This document shows positions 1-12,532 of a stretch of DNA of 64,000 nt, piece by piece. Position numbers and translations under genes: made by a program. The notes beneath the pieces were generated by a model. It made no database searches. It saw only the letters and a list, made by a program, of their open reading frames with translations, and had not been told where the DNA came from. Every line of letters begins with the position of its first letter. Positions within the stretch are counted from its first letter, which is position 1. This DNA comes from Carcharhinus amblyrhynchos (taxonomy: Eukaryota): assembly GCA_965287045.1 (NCBI GenBank), contig OZ336892.1, forward strand, positions 19,034,001 to 19,098,000, written 5' to 3'.

Positions 1-357
1 ATCCCCTTTCCTCTCTTTTTTTATCAAATTAATTTTAGGTCACCACCTGAGGCACTGCCCGTTACATTGTAAAATCGGTTCTGGGTTGGGGAGGGTGGGA
101 TCCCAGAGTCAATCCCATCCCTGCTATTTTACTCTCTGCTCCCCCACCTCCGAAACCCCCGTGCCTCAACAGGAGGGAGGGTGGTCAAAATCGGGGATGC
201 AGATTTTAGTTTGAAGAAGCACACAGCGATACATCACAAGTGGCAAATAGTCTGCTGACGGCAATGGCCACTGGATAATCTGCACAAAAGATTGTTCGGA
301 AAAAGCCCAAACCATAACACCAAACACATAACAATCATGTCGAAAATACAAAAGTTG

Positions 358-660
358 AAGTTAATTTATTAGTGTCACAAGTAGGCTTACATTAACACTG
401 CAATGAAGTTACTGTGAAACTCCCCTCATCTCCACACTCTAGCACCTGTTCGGGTACACTGAAAAAGAATTTAGCCTGGCCAATGCATCTAACCGACCGC
501 TTTTCAGGCTGTGGGAGTAAACTGGAGCACCCAGAAGAAACCCACACAGACACAGGGAGAACGTGCAGACTCCACTCAGACAGTGACCCATGCTGGCAAT
601 CGATCCATGTCCCTGGTGCTGTGAGGCAGCAGTGCTCATCACTGTGCCACCATACCAACC
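358..660 (-). mobile_element. HE1-type V-SINE, tail B
   Basis: tRNA head, V-domain GTGGGTTTC.TC.GGGTGCTCC.GTTT, tail TTCACAGTAACTTCATTGCAGTGTTAATGTAAGCCTACTTGTGAC. Other tail-B copies at about 3275, 4815, 22864, 32939, 35187, 45415, 49420, 50637, 51060 and 52255. Confidence 0.9.
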
Positions 661-1196
661 ATGTTATCTAATCCTATGAGGGCTGCATTCATACTGTTTC
701 AATGCCAAAAATACTCTGAAAGATTATAGCTTTGCAGGTTTATTCCAGAGATGCAATTATCAACTGGAAGTCGAAGGAACTACTTTGAGTCAGTATAATG
801 GAATACTTGAATGCTGAAATACTTGTCATTATTTCCAATGAACAGGCATGTTCCCACTGCTTTATCCACATGCAGTCACCAACCACCTCTTTAAGCCTCT
901 CTGAATAAATGTCCAATAAGTGTCAAATCATAGGAAGGGTCGGCGCAGCATTGTTCATTCAAAGCACTTTCGACTCGGGCTATTAAATAAAAGCTGCCTC
1001 TCACCCCATCCAGCTAAAATAGGTTTCAAGGCAAAAAGGTACATTCTTCCCCGTCAGATATGGTATTAAGATTATTTTACTATCAATTGTTCCACCATTG
1101 GAAGAAATTGTTTTCCCCTTTGGCCAGTAAACGTGCAGTGAATTCAGGGGATTCACAGCTGCCAAGAGGCCAACGGTCTGTGCCACTATTTACTGT

Positions 1197-1550
1197 TTCA
1201 TTCATGGGATATGGGCATCACTGGCTGGCCAGCATTTATTGCCCACCCCTAAGCTGCCCCTGTTCAGAGGGCAATTGAGAGTCAACCACATTACGGTGGG
1301 CTCTGACCTCACATGTAGGCCAGACCAGGTAAGGATGGCAGATTTCCTTCCCTAAAGGATGTCAGCGAACCAGATGGATTTTTCTGACAATGGTCTCATG
1401 GTCATCAGTAGATTCTTAATTCCAGGTTTTCTTTACTGAATTCAAATTCCACCAACTGCTGTGCCGGGATTCGAACCCAGGTCCCCATAACATGTGCTGA
1501 GTTTCTGGATTAATATTCTGGCAATAATATCACTGAGCCACCACCTCCCC
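1197..1550 (-). mobile_element. tRNA-derived SINE family 2, full length
   Basis: A/B boxes (GGGTTCGAATCCC), body GAACCAGATGG/GGGAAGGAAATCTGCC, tail GGGCAATAAATGCTGGCCAGCCAG. Confidence 0.85.
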
Positions 1551-1911
1551 CTGTGGTTTACGCAGCAGAAAAATTCTAAAGGATTTTAACAAACCAAGTA
1601 CCATCTGGGCTTTTTTGGATAGTAAAAACTTAAACTATTATATTACGGCACTCAGGTCTCAGTGAACCATGTCAGGCTTCCTCTATTTCTCCAAGGCACA
1701 GCAGAACTGGGAGCCTATTACTAGCTCAAACTCCTGAATCAGCTTTTAAAGTTTTAGTTTTGTGATTTAGCACATCAAATATTAAACAATAAAAAAGTCT
1801 GTCAAGAGGCTGTGTATAATGCACAAAAATACTAAACTAATTGTTATTATAGCTTTATTACTGTTATGACTTCATTTGTTCATGGGCAGGTGCCATTGAT
1901 GGGACTTATTC

Positions 1912-2222
1912 CTAGAATCCCTACCACGCAGAAGGAGGCGACTTGGTCCATCGAGTCTGCACCAACCACAATCCCAGCCAGGCCCTATCCCCGTAAACCC
2001 ACGTATTTACCCTGCTAATCCCCCGACACTAAGCGGCAATTTAGCACGGCCAATCAAGCTAACCCGTACATCTTCGGGCTGTGGGAGGAAACCAGAGCAC
2101 CCGGAGAAAACCTATACAAACACGTGGAGAATGTGCAAACTCAACACAGACAGTGACCCAAGCCGGGAATCGAACCCAGGTCCCTGGGGCTGTGAGACAG
2201 TTGTGCTAACCACTGTGCCACC
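1912..2222 (-). mobile_element. HE1-type V-SINE, tail A (CR1-type)
   Basis: Head, V-domain and tail GGTGCAGACTCGATGG.CC.AA.GGCCTCCTTCTGC. Other copies at about 3975, 5780, 6238, 10452, 11140, 11842, 13485, 19477, 25170, 26938, 29565, 31176, 32255, 38308, 46295, 51938, 57680 and 59967. Confidence 0.9.
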
Positions 2223-2366
2223 TCCTGAGAAGGTAGTAGAACAAAGAACACTCCAAGTCTGCACTGACCATGCTGCCCAAATTAACTAAAACCCCCTACA
2301 CTTCCAGGGAAAAGAACAAAGAAAATTTAAGTAGTGAAATTGTTTCACGTCTGAACAGCTTATTGA

Positions 2367-2658
2367 TGTGATACCCCCCACCACCTCCCCCCCGCCCCCC
2401 ACAGCCCCAGGACCTCCATGGGGAAAATCACTGATTGACCTCAGTATGACTCGTTAGTACAATAAGGCTCATTGGTAATTAACTCACTAGGTGATGCTTG
2501 TATACCGAGCCCTGTATAAAGCAGGCCCCTGAGTGGGTCCATTGATGTACTGTCCCGGTTGGGACCTGTTGTGTCCACCACAGACTTGTGGATTTCCTTT
2601 CTTTTATTTTCTGTAATAAGGCTCTGTTCCTTTACAGCTGGCTCCTGAGGTTATTATA
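2367..2658 (+). mobile_element. Possible small solo LTR
   Basis: TGTGATA start, TATAAA near 2515, AATAAG near 2615, TTATTATA end. No clear target-site duplication. Confidence 0.3.
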
Positions 2659-2924
2659 GTTAGGGGGCCTCAAGGGCCCGTCGTATCGTTCAGGACTGCA
2701 CTGATGTTTAGATGAAACCGCGTATTCAAGTATTAGTTGAGATGTTACAAGAATCCAGCAAAGTTCCAGGTTCAATTATCCCAATTTGAAAAATTCACAC
2801 ATTATCAGCTCAATGCAAATTCACATCTTGTTTTGCTGGAAGCTGAGCTTCTAACCTTTCAGTTGCTTGTCCAGTAGAATATTCAATACGCCACCATGAT
2901 CCACCAACAATCCTGTGGTACTGT

Positions 2925-3145
2925 TTTAAAAACACAAAAAGCTGGATAATCTCAGCAGGTCTGACAGCATCTGTGGAGAGAGAATGGAGCCAACGTTTCA
3001 AGTCTGGATGACCCTTTGTCAGAGCTGAATCCAGCCTCAAATCATTGACTCTATTCTCTCTCCATAGATGCCATCAGACCTGCTGAGATTTTCCAGCATT
3101 TTCAGTTTTTGTTTCAGATTCCAGCATCCACGATATTGTTTTGCA
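2925..3145. mobile_element. Palindromic Penelope-derived element, second family
   Basis: Inverted arms ATCTCAGCAGGTCTGA..GCATCT.TGGAGAGAGAAT; central minus-strand CTGACAA...GAAACGTT hammerhead-like motif. Confidence 0.65.
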
Positions 3146-3274
3146 GTTTAACACACTGATTAAAAATACTGTCAACTGTGTAAATAATTTGGAATGCATC
3201 ACAGGAAGTGATGCAAGTGACATAGTATGTGATATAGTTGGAGCAGTGTTGATAGCACGTGTCTGAAGCAGTTA

Positions 3275-3570
3275 AGTTCAAGTTTATTTATCAGTGGCAC
3301 AAGTTAACGTACATTAACACTGCAATGAAGTTATTGTGAAAATCCTCTAGTTTCCACACTTCGGCCCCTGTTTGGCTACACTGAGGGAAAATTTAGCACA
3401 ACTGATGCACCTAACCAAAAGATGCTTTGGACTGTGGGAAGAAACCGGAGTACCCGGAGGAAACCCAAACAGAAACAGGGAAAATGTGCAGACTCTGCAC
3501 AGTGTCCCAAGCCAGGCATCGAACCCAGGTTTCTGGCGCAGTGAGACGGCAGTGCTAACCACTGTGCCAC
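3275..3570 (-). mobile_element. HE1-type SINE, tail B
   Basis: As 358-660. Confidence 0.88.
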
Positions 3571-3974
3571 CCCCAATCCTGTCATCTTCAATAAAGAACC
3601 CTTTGTTTCAATTAACAATCACTGTCAGAAGTGATTGGTGCGTTTGTGTTAAGAGCTAGTAACACAACAGCATCTGCTCCCACCCACAACTACACACACC
3701 CCCAATTTCTTCCCTTTATTTTGTGCAAAACCTGCGATCGGTTGATGGATCTTCAATTCATAAACTGCACTGTCAGGGTACACAGGCACAGTAACTGCTT
3801 GAAACCGAATCGAGGAGAACTGATTGATGGGCAAGACTGTCTGACTTCTCCCCAATAGTGAAATGCCCACCTAATGGACTGGCTCAGACCCCATGAAGTA
3901 ACAGGCAGGCAGCGTTTTACTATTAAGAACACTTAGAACTCAATCTCTGAGATATAAGCAAAGCGGGGAATAGT

Positions 3975-4292
3975 GCAGCACGGGTGGCGCAGTGGTTAGC
4001 ACTGCTGCCTCACAGCGCCAGGGACCTGGGTTCGATTCTGGCCTTGGGTGGCCTCAATTCCTGGCTTGGGTCAATGTCTGTGTGCACACTCGCCCCGTGT
4101 CTGTGTGGGTTTCCTCCTGGTGCTCCGGTTTCTTCTCAGTCCGAAAGATGTGCAGCTTAGGTTGCCCCTTAGTGTCAGCGGGATTAGCAGGGTAAATACG
4201 TGGGGTTATGGTGATAGGGCCCGGGTGGGATTGTTATCGGTGCAGGCTCAGTGGGCCGAATGGCCTTTTTCTGCACTGTAGGGATTCTATGA
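3975..4292 (+). mobile_element. HE1-type SINE, tail A
   Basis: As 1912-2222, with a short internal duplication after the B box. Confidence 0.88.
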
Positions 4293-5214
4293 TGAGTAAT
4301 ACCATGACGCATGCATCCCATTGCGCCAACCAAACCTCACTTGATGGAGCTACACTATCTGAATTCTGTCAATCTTCCCCACACAGGGCATGAATTGGAC
4401 ACAGGAGCATTCGCAAACATGCACAATATTGGTTAGAAGTCAAGACCATGCCTCAGCATAGAGCACCACCTCCTGCCCAGTTTGTGTTACTGCACCAAGT
4501 CTGATTTTTTCTTCACTCAGCTTGTTGCTTTGTAAGGTGTAGAAAATACAGAGAATAACATACAGGGAACATCAGCTGGGCCAGCAACCCGCTAGGCATG
4601 AAAATTGTAGATTTGGGGGCAGGAGTGGGACCATGCAGCCCCGAGAGCTTGCCTCGCTATTCAATGAAATCACAGTTAAATTGTACCATGGCATAATTTC
4701 CTGAGCTCCGCACCCCCTGATGCGCAAAAAAAGAAAGACGTTTAATTATTACAGAATAAAGGATGCGCGCGCGCATGTGGATTGGCCATGCTAAATTGAC
4801 CCTTAGTGTCCAACAAGTCTGAAAGACATGCTGGTTACCTGCATTGACCCAAACAGGTGCCAGAGTTGGCGACTAGGGGAATTTTACAGTAACTTCATTG
4901 CAGTGTTAATGTAAGCATTATTTGCGACTAATAAAGAAAAACTTTAAATTCAAAGGGTTGTGGAGATTAGGTGGGGGGGGGGGGGGGGGGGGGAGGGCCT
5001 GGGAAAGATGCAGCGCCGGTGCAAAGCCGATGGACTGAATGGCCTTCTTCTGCACTGTAGAACTATGAATATTCCCCTGCTCATGTCCCACTCACCCTCT
5101 CCCCCCGCACCCGTTCTTAGAAGCTTAGAAGACTTTCACACTCTAATGCTGAACCGTGATGCCATTCATTGTCTCACTCTGCCACCTACTGGCTGGTCCA
5201 GAAAACTACATACA

Positions 5215-5368
5215 AAGTCTCACAACACCAGGTTAAAGTCCAACAGGTTTATTTGGTACCAAAGGCTATCAAGAGGCATTTACTACCAAGTAAACCTGTT
5301 GGACTTTAACCTGGTGTTGTGAGACTTCTTACTGTGTTTACCCCAGTCCAATGCCAGCATCTCCAATC
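5215..5368. mobile_element. Palindromic Penelope-derived element (inverted terminal repeats)
   Basis: About 44-bp near-perfect inverted arms (5215-5258 and 5283-5326) of the same family as 28350 and 42170. Confidence 0.7.
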
Positions 5369-5779
5369 CAGAAAACTACAGCCGAGAAAACAGTTTGTGT
5401 CTGTTGAGTGCTGATAGGCTGTGCTGAATAATTAGTTTAATAAGATCAGAACTTAGTTATATTCTGACACTGAAGGGTCTATTCAATTTCATTATCAGAT
5501 TGTTTTCACATTCTTGGCTGGCTCTATGTTCTAAATTCATATCCAGTACAGTGGCAGTCATATGATTTTCTCTATGATTTTACGTCTGGATCACAGTGCA
5601 TTTTATGTTCGCAGAAAGCCAAAACCACTACATACTGGGCAGTTTAAGTAACAAAAAGATACACTTGGAGAAAAGATTAAAGAACGAAGGAAAGAACATT
5701 CCTCCCCCAACCCCAAAATAACATTTCTGGAAGCATTCAAAAAAGATTCCATTTATCAATTTTCTCTAATTGCATTTTC

Positions 5780-6547
5780 ATAGAACCCTTACAGTGCAGA
5801 ACGAGACCATTCAGCCCATCGAGTCTGCACCGACAACAATTCCACACGGGCCCTATCCCCATAACCCCACATATTTACCCTGCTAGTCCCTCTGACACCA
5901 AGGGGCAATTTAGCATGGCCAATCAACCCAACCCGCAAACTGTGGAAAGAAACCAGAGCACCCGGAGGAAACCCATGCAGGCAGTCACCCAAAGCCGGAA
6001 TTGAACCCAGGTCCCTGGCACTAGGAGGAAACAGCGCTAACCATTGTGCCACACAGTTGCACAATCAAGGTGGTCAGTAAAAATTGAGCTTCACTTACTG
6101 TCATTTATGAGCTTGTAGAGGAATGCAAAATGCGGGACCAGGAATATAAGATTATTACAAACAACTCCAACATGAGATTCAGGAAAAACCTCTTCAGAGA
6201 CCGAGAGTCAGTAGGAAGTGGAACTCGCAACCACAAGGCAGGGTGGCACAGTGGTTAGCAATGCTGCCTCACGGTGCCAGGGGCCTGGGTTTAATTCTGG
6301 CCTTGGGTCACTGCATGTGCGGAGTTTACACATTCTCCCTGTGTCTGCGTGGGTTCCCTCCAGGTGCTCCGGTTTCCTCCCACAGTCCAAGGATGTACGG
6401 GTTAGGTTGATTGGCCATGCTAAATTGCCCCTAGTGTCAGGGGGATTAGCAGGTAAATTTGTGAGGTTACGGAGATAGGGTGGGATTGTGGTCAGTGCAG
6501 TTGCAATGGGCCGAATGGCCTACTTCTGCACTGGAGGGATTCTATGA
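5780..6547. mobile_element. Two divergently oriented HE1 tail-A copies (5780-6052 minus; 6238-6547 plus, inside an old CR1 end)
   Basis: As 1912-2222. Confidence 0.85.
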
Positions 6548-7051
6548 AACTAAGGTGTATAGAACAAATGCATCTTAAGAGGAGCCTCAGTGCTGGAGGT
6601 AGCAAGGAAAGGAAGGATGTACTGATAGAGTTAGATAACAGGGGGTGGGAGGAGACTTATGGAGAGTTTAAGCCAGTTGGACCAAATGATCACAAGACTG
6701 TGCCATAACTTCTATGTAATAAAAGGAAAAAAAGTGGTACACAGGAGGATTTCTAATTTAAAAAGCGGCAATAAGTATGTGGAAGACTAACAACAAAAAT
6801 CATTATTGGGTTTATGGAGGAATGCCTTTGTCTATAAATGGGGTGCAGGGTTAGTCGAAAGACAGTGAAGGAATGCTGTGAACAGCGAGTTAAATAGATA
6901 CAATATCTTCTGCTTAAACTGGAATTATATGGCTCACGTTTCCAGTCTCTGGATGGTCAAAGAGAGCTCGCTAGATGGGAGGTGTGCATCAGGAGGCTGT
7001 GGAAGTCCTGACACACGGACATGTGTGAAATTTTCGTCGAGGAGAAAGTTA

Positions 7052-7320
7052 AACATAAGAACATAAGAAATAGGAGCAGGAGAAGGCCATCTAGCCCTTC
7101 GAGCCTGCCCCGCCATTCAATAAGATCATGGCTGATCTGAAGTGGCTCAGTTCCACTTTCCCACTTTCTCCCCATAACCCTTAATTCCCTTGCCTACCAA
7201 AAACCTATCTATCCGTGTCTGAAATATATTTAGCAAGGCAGCCTCCACCACTTCAACAGGCAGAGAATTCCAGAGATTCACCACCCTTTGAGTGAAGAAG
7301 TTCCTTCTCAACTCCGTTTC
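7052..7320 (-). mobile_element. Young CR1 3' end, same subfamily
   Basis: ACATAAGAACATAAGAAATAGGAGCAGG tail and RVVNLWNSL coding segment. Confidence 0.9.
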
Positions 7321-7559
7321 GGAAGCATGGAGTTCGGAAAGGCTTCGTCACCTGAGCTGACAAGAAAGGGCTGGATGGAAGCAGGTGGTTGCAAGAAGTG
7401 ATGAAAGGAGGAGTGGGGAATTTGAAACATGGGGGAACCGCGCAAAGGAAAGAGAGTTTACTCGCCCAGGACAAGTTCAAATCCAGCCTTGTCAATGACG
7501 GCGGACCAATCAAAACTCACGTGGCAGTTTAGTGGTCTTACTAGTGTTGTTGAATCTTT

Positions 7560-8030
7560 GGATGTGTTCACGAGGTGGGGACATCACAGTCTGGGCCAGC
7601 ATTTATTGTCCATCTCTAACTGCTATTAGCAAGGTGGTGATGACACGCCTTCTTGAACCTCAGCAGTCCATGTGTTGTAGGTACATCCACAGTGCTGTTA
7701 GGGAGGGAATTCCAGGATTGAGCAACAGTGAAAAAAGTGATATATTTCCAAGTCAGGATGGTGTGTGGCTTGGAGGGTGCATTGTAGGTGGTGTGTTGCC
7801 GTGCATCTGCTGTGCTTGTTCCTCTAGGTTGTAGAGGTTACGGTTGAAGGTGCTGTTGAAGAAGCCTGGGTGGTTTCATAGATGCAATTGTAGAATCCCT
7901 ACAGTGCAGAAGGCGGCCATTTGGCCCATCAAGTCAGCACCAACCACAATCCCAGCCAGGACCTGCTGCGATGAATCTCATAGATGGTGGAGGGAGTGAA
8001 TGTTTAATGTGGTGGTTGCAATGTCAAAGT
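7560..8030 (-). mobile_element. Second LINE family 3' fragment with a short HE1 tail insert (about 7890-7960)
   Basis: Colinear with 55135-55540. Confidence 0.7.
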
Positions 8031-8389
8031 AATAGAACAATTCGATGCTGGAAGGCAAAAAATCCATTCATTATGGGAGGAAATACATGAATATTCTCAC
8101 TAGCAATGTTGGGCTAATGGATCGTAGATGTGTGGAGTGAACTGGATCCAGTATTGTCAAAAATATAAATTTCAAAAATATAGAAGATTGAATGTGTTCA
8201 GCAGTACTGAGGGAGATACTGAATTTACCAGATGATGATATGAGGAGGATTTACACATACAACCAGGATATTGGGACAAATTGTTTGGTGATTCAGATGG
8301 TGATCAGAGTGATTTCAATTGCTTCTAATGAAATTATGTCAAGTGGGAAGAACAAAATTGTAGAGTGCTCCATAAACGCTTTCACCAAC

Positions 8390-8990
8390 CTGTCTAACTG
8401 CAGCAAAGCTTTTCTGCTTTTATATTCCATTTCCCTTGCAATAAACACAATGTTCCATTGGCCTTCTTAATCACTTGCTGTACCTACATGTGTACAAAAC
8501 ATCCAGATCCCTCTTTACTACAGAATTCTATAATCTCTCCACTTAGAGCATACTGCTTTTCTACTCCTCCTGCCAAGAGGATAAGTTCACCTTTGCCCAT
8601 GTTATACTCAGTCAATTTTCTGCCCACTCACTCAACCCATCTGTACCCTTGGCAGGCTCCTCATGCCCTCTTCACAACTTACCGTCCTACTTTTCTTTTT
8701 GTCAGCAGCAAACTTAGCTACTCTACATTTGATCCTTTCTTCCGAGTCACAGATGTAGATTGCAAATAGTTGAGGCTCCAGCTATGATCCCTGCAGCATC
8801 CACTTGTTACAGCTTGCCAAGCCAAGGATAACTAATTTATCCCTACTTTCTGCTTTCCTTATTAGCTAATAATTCCTTTCTCCAAGCTATAATGTTACCC
8901 CCTACACCACTGGTTCTTATTTTTGTGTAGTAATCTTTGATGTGGCACCTTGTCAAGTGCCTTTTGGAAATCCAACAGTTGCCGTATTCA
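8390..8990 (-). mobile_element. Old CR1 reverse-transcriptase fragment
   Basis: Minus-strand DFQKA.DKVPHQRL and KFADDK-like remnants. Confidence 0.75.
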
Positions 8991-9194
8991 GGTTAAGTTT
9001 TTAAAAGGATTCAAGTTTTTCAATGAATGAGTGTGGGTTAGTGACCGGGCAGGAGAGGGTTAATCAGGTAGTCGGGAGAGGGGGCTAGAACTGCGTGTCA
9101 CACTGGATTCCTGTGGCTCAGAATTCACTCCAAAGGCGCAAATTCAAGAAATATATTTTAATTTAGCAAAATTTACAAACAAAAAGAAGCTCAC

Positions 9195-9287
9195 CTCCTC
9201 AATCATTTTATCCATTTCAACCGAGAGCTCCTCCTTGGATGATCCACTTTCCACCAGCATTCTTAGACGGTAACAATATTCACGCAG
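9195..9287 (-). CDS. BLMH: Bleomycin hydrolase coding exon 6 (93 nt): LREYCYRLRMLVESGSSKEELSVEMDKMIEE; gene continues past window start
   Basis: AG acceptor (ccctAG) and GTGAG donor, phase 0/0. Matches vertebrate BLMH MREFCIRLRNLV..GATKGE region. Confidence 0.95.
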
Positions 9288-9357
9288 CTAGGGACCAGAA
9301 ATTAAGTGAAATTAATCAATTGCAACAGTTACCACAAAGATCAAAAATGGGGAACAG

Positions 9358-9770
9358 TTGCATTTGTATAGGGCTTTTCAAGGCAATAAGGCATTAGTGC
9401 TTTAAAACCAGCAAATAGGGTACTTTTGGCAGTTTGGTCACTACTGTAATGGCAACCAATTTACACACAGCAAGTTCCCACAAACTTCCGTGCACTAATG
9501 ACCAAATGGTTCGTTATTGCAATCTTGACTCAGGGACAAACATCGGTCAAGCACCCAGGATAACATGCCCATTCTTCTTCGAAATAGTACAACTTTTACA
9601 TCCACCTGAGCAACAGATAGAGACTCGGTTCAATGTCTCATCCAAAAGACGCCATCTCTGGCAGTGCAACACTCCTGCAGTACTGCGCTGCTGGCAGCTT
9701 GATTTTTGTGATTAGTCCTGGAGTGGGACTTGAACCCAGAGCCTTCAGACTCGAGAAGCCAAAATTGGCA
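9358..9770 (-). mobile_element. DeuSINE (SacSINE1/AmnSINE1-like)
   Basis: tRNA-like head and Deu-domain GGATGAGAC.TT.AACCGAG...CTCAGGTGGATGTAAAAG...CTATTTCGAAGAAGA; 3' end ATACAAATGCAA. Confidence 0.75.
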
Positions 9771-10281
9771 TCAACTGGAACAAACTAAGTAAGGTTCAGA
9801 TTTTAGCACTGCATTTCTCCGCTGTCCATTTAAGAACATTACAGACAGAATTCTGCGGTCCCTCCTGCCAGCGGGATTTTCCAGTCCCGCTGAATTCAAT
9901 TGACTTTTGAATGGCTCGCTACATTGTCCAGCCCCGCCACGGTCTCGGCAAAGCTGTAAAGTTCCACCGCTTGAATAGCAATGGGCCATTCAGCCCCTTG
10001 GAAGTCTCCACTCCCCACCCCTTTCCCGTTGGTCATACTTATGTGATCATTACTTCTTTATCCCACCCCCTAAACTCTAAATAGGCCATCCAAATATCTT
10101 CACTGTTGAGGCCACATTGCATTGTGGCAGACTGGATGAAATTTTCCAATAGTTTTCTGACTGCAGTCACGTGGAACTTCTTTACGTTGACAGTTGCTCT
10201 ATTCCCAAGATTTCAGCTCGGGATACATTTTGTACAAAACATGTGGGAAACCGTTCAGCAATTATTTTCGCTTATTCGTAC

Positions 10282-10370
10282 CTTGTGATTTAGAACATCA
10301 TTCATCGTCTTGCTGGCTTCTGAACTATGAGATTCAGGAAAACACTTCTTTGGCATAATTCCATGTTTCT
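10282..10370 (-). CDS. BLMH: Bleomycin hydrolase coding exon 5 (89 nt): (E)KHGIMPKKCFPESHSSEASKTMNDVLNHK
   Basis: ttgtAG acceptor and GTACG donor, phase 1/0. PKKCFPES...MND.LNHK motif of BLMH. Confidence 0.96.
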
Positions 10371-10451
10371 CTACAAGGCAAGAAGAGGAATTTTTTCTTC
10401 CCATCTATGTCATTAATTCTGTTTAAAACTGAGGTCTCATACACGGAAACC

Positions 10452-12178
10452 CATAGAAGTCCTGCAGACGGAGGCCCTTCAGCCCATCGAGGCCGCATCA
10501 ACAACAATCCCACCCCAGGCCCTATCCCCACAACCCCACACATTTACCCCACTAATCCCTCAAACCTACACATCCCCGGACAATTTAGCATGACCGATCT
10601 TTGGACCATGGGAGGGAGCCGGAGCACCCAGAGGAAATCCACGGGGAGAACGTGCAAACTTCGCACAGACAGAGCCCCAAGCCAGGAACGAACCCAGGTC
10701 CCTGGAGTTGAGAGGCAGCTGTGCTAACCAATGTGCCATCGTGCCGCCCAAGATGTACTTGATTATTAGAAATTTATAATAGATTTTCATTTAAATCTCG
10801 AAAACTGGTAAATAGGAATGGTGCAGTAAACAGCACAATGTTAAAACATGCAAAATATGGACACGACATTGCCCAATCAAGCAAAGCATCACCAGCAGGG
10901 CTTATGAGCTTCAGTTGCAAGTTCATCCTGCCAAGCACTGCATTTTACAATGATTGAGTTACGATGAAAGACACTAACCACGTTTATAAATGTTTCATAT
11001 TTACAATGTCAGTTCTGACTTTATGATGCCATGCCAATGAACAAGTGCTAATAGTCACACGTGCACACCAACATACTGCGCCACCCATCTCCCTGACATA
11101 AGGCTTTCAGTTCCCATTCCACGATGTTTTCACAAGATGTGGGTGACACACAGTGGTTAGCATTGTTGTCTCACAGCGCTAGGGACCCAGTTTCACTTTC
11201 AGCCTTGGGAACAATTCCTGTCCAGTGTGAAGTTTGCGTGTTCTCCCCGTGTCTGCGTGGGTTTCCTCCGGGCGCTCCGGTTTCCTCCCACTGACCAAAA
11301 ATGTGCAGGTTAGGTGGATTGGCCATACTAAACTACCCAAGATGCGTAGGTTAGGAGGATTAGCAGAGTATATATGTATATATGAGGATAGGGTCTGGGT
11401 AAGCTGCTCTGTTGGGGAGTTGGTGACAACTGAATGGCCTCTTTCTGCGATTCGACCTGGTAAATCTTTGCATTTCCGAATTTTTTCTTTTAACCTTGTA
11501 TTTTATACTTTAATTGATCAAGTATATAATTCTGGGTTATTTGGTGAAAATAGGGTATCAGGAATGAAATCCCGATTTATAACATTGTTCTTACAGGAAA
11601 TCAGTTCTGGCTTAAGGCACAGTTTTCATGAACCAACTGTATCACAAGTCCGAGAACTGCCTGTATGAACATGGTTTCACGTCCACTCAGTGCATCAAAC
11701 ATCTGTAGAAAATACTTGTAATAGGTTAAGTTAGATTTAATTATCACACTATAATCCTTCCTCTGAAAATGTGCTCATCTTTCTCCCTTTCTTCTATTTC
11801 AGATCTATGCCTCTTCATTCATCATGGTGAATTACTCAACTTTAGAATCATTGCATCCCTACAGTGCAGAAAGAGGCCATTCGACCCATCCAGCCTGCAT
11901 CAACAACAATCCTACTCGGGCCCTATCCCCGTAACCCCACATATTTACCCCGCTAATTCCTTCAACCTACACATCCCGGGATACTAAGGGCCAGTTTAGC
12001 ATGACCAATGCACCTAACCCGTACATCTTTGAACTGTGGGAGGAAACCGGAGCACCCGGAGGAAAATCATGAAGACACGGGGAGAACATGCAAACTCCAC
12101 AGACAGTGACCCAAGCCAGGGATCGAACCTGGGGTCCCTGGCGCTGAGAGGCAACAGTGCTAACCACGGTGCCACCCT
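10452..12178. mobile_element. Three HE1 copies in BLMH intron 4 (10452-10748 minus, 11140-11450 plus, 11842-12178 minus)
   Basis: As 1912-2222. Confidence 0.85.
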
Positions 12179-12532
12179 TGTGGGAACTGTTCTTATTGCT
12201 TCCTGGTTCAGTATGTCTCATGGTGCCACACAGTATGAGTTTTCAATTCTTGCTAATATGGACGATGTTGAGCTTGCTCAAACACATTTAAAATCGAACG
12301 TCATGAGGGCAGCAGAGGGTAAACTTCAGTCCCACTGGTCTTGGCTGTGATCTGACACAAATCAGGAGTGGTAGGTCAGTCTGCTAATACAGTGCCTCCC
12401 CAAAGCCAATTATCCATTTCTTTCCCCCTTACTTTCTCCCCTGCACGAGGCTTTGTCCTGTGATAGCAGATTCTATCCCCATCACCAGATGATAATCATG
12501 TCTATTTCAAACAAGAAAAAGCAGAATCTTAC

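Noticed and set aside
392-671. Recurrent 60-100 aa ORFs such as CGRKPEHPEETHADTGR and VWVSSGCSGFLPQSK
   Set aside because: Translations of HE1 SINE copies, not genes.
1001-1186. Minus-strand ORF ending at a GTGAG donor-like site, and ORF 3649..3870
   Set aside because: No similarity to BLMH or any protein I recognise, and no convincing acceptor.
1-9194. BLMH exon 7 (IFRVV.ICLG.PPE.F.WEY)
   Set aside because: Not found on the minus strand in this interval; it most likely lies beyond the left edge, so I do not infer exon loss.
12300-12480. Faint resemblance to LF-SINE
   Set aside because: Match too short to call by eye; needs an HMM search.
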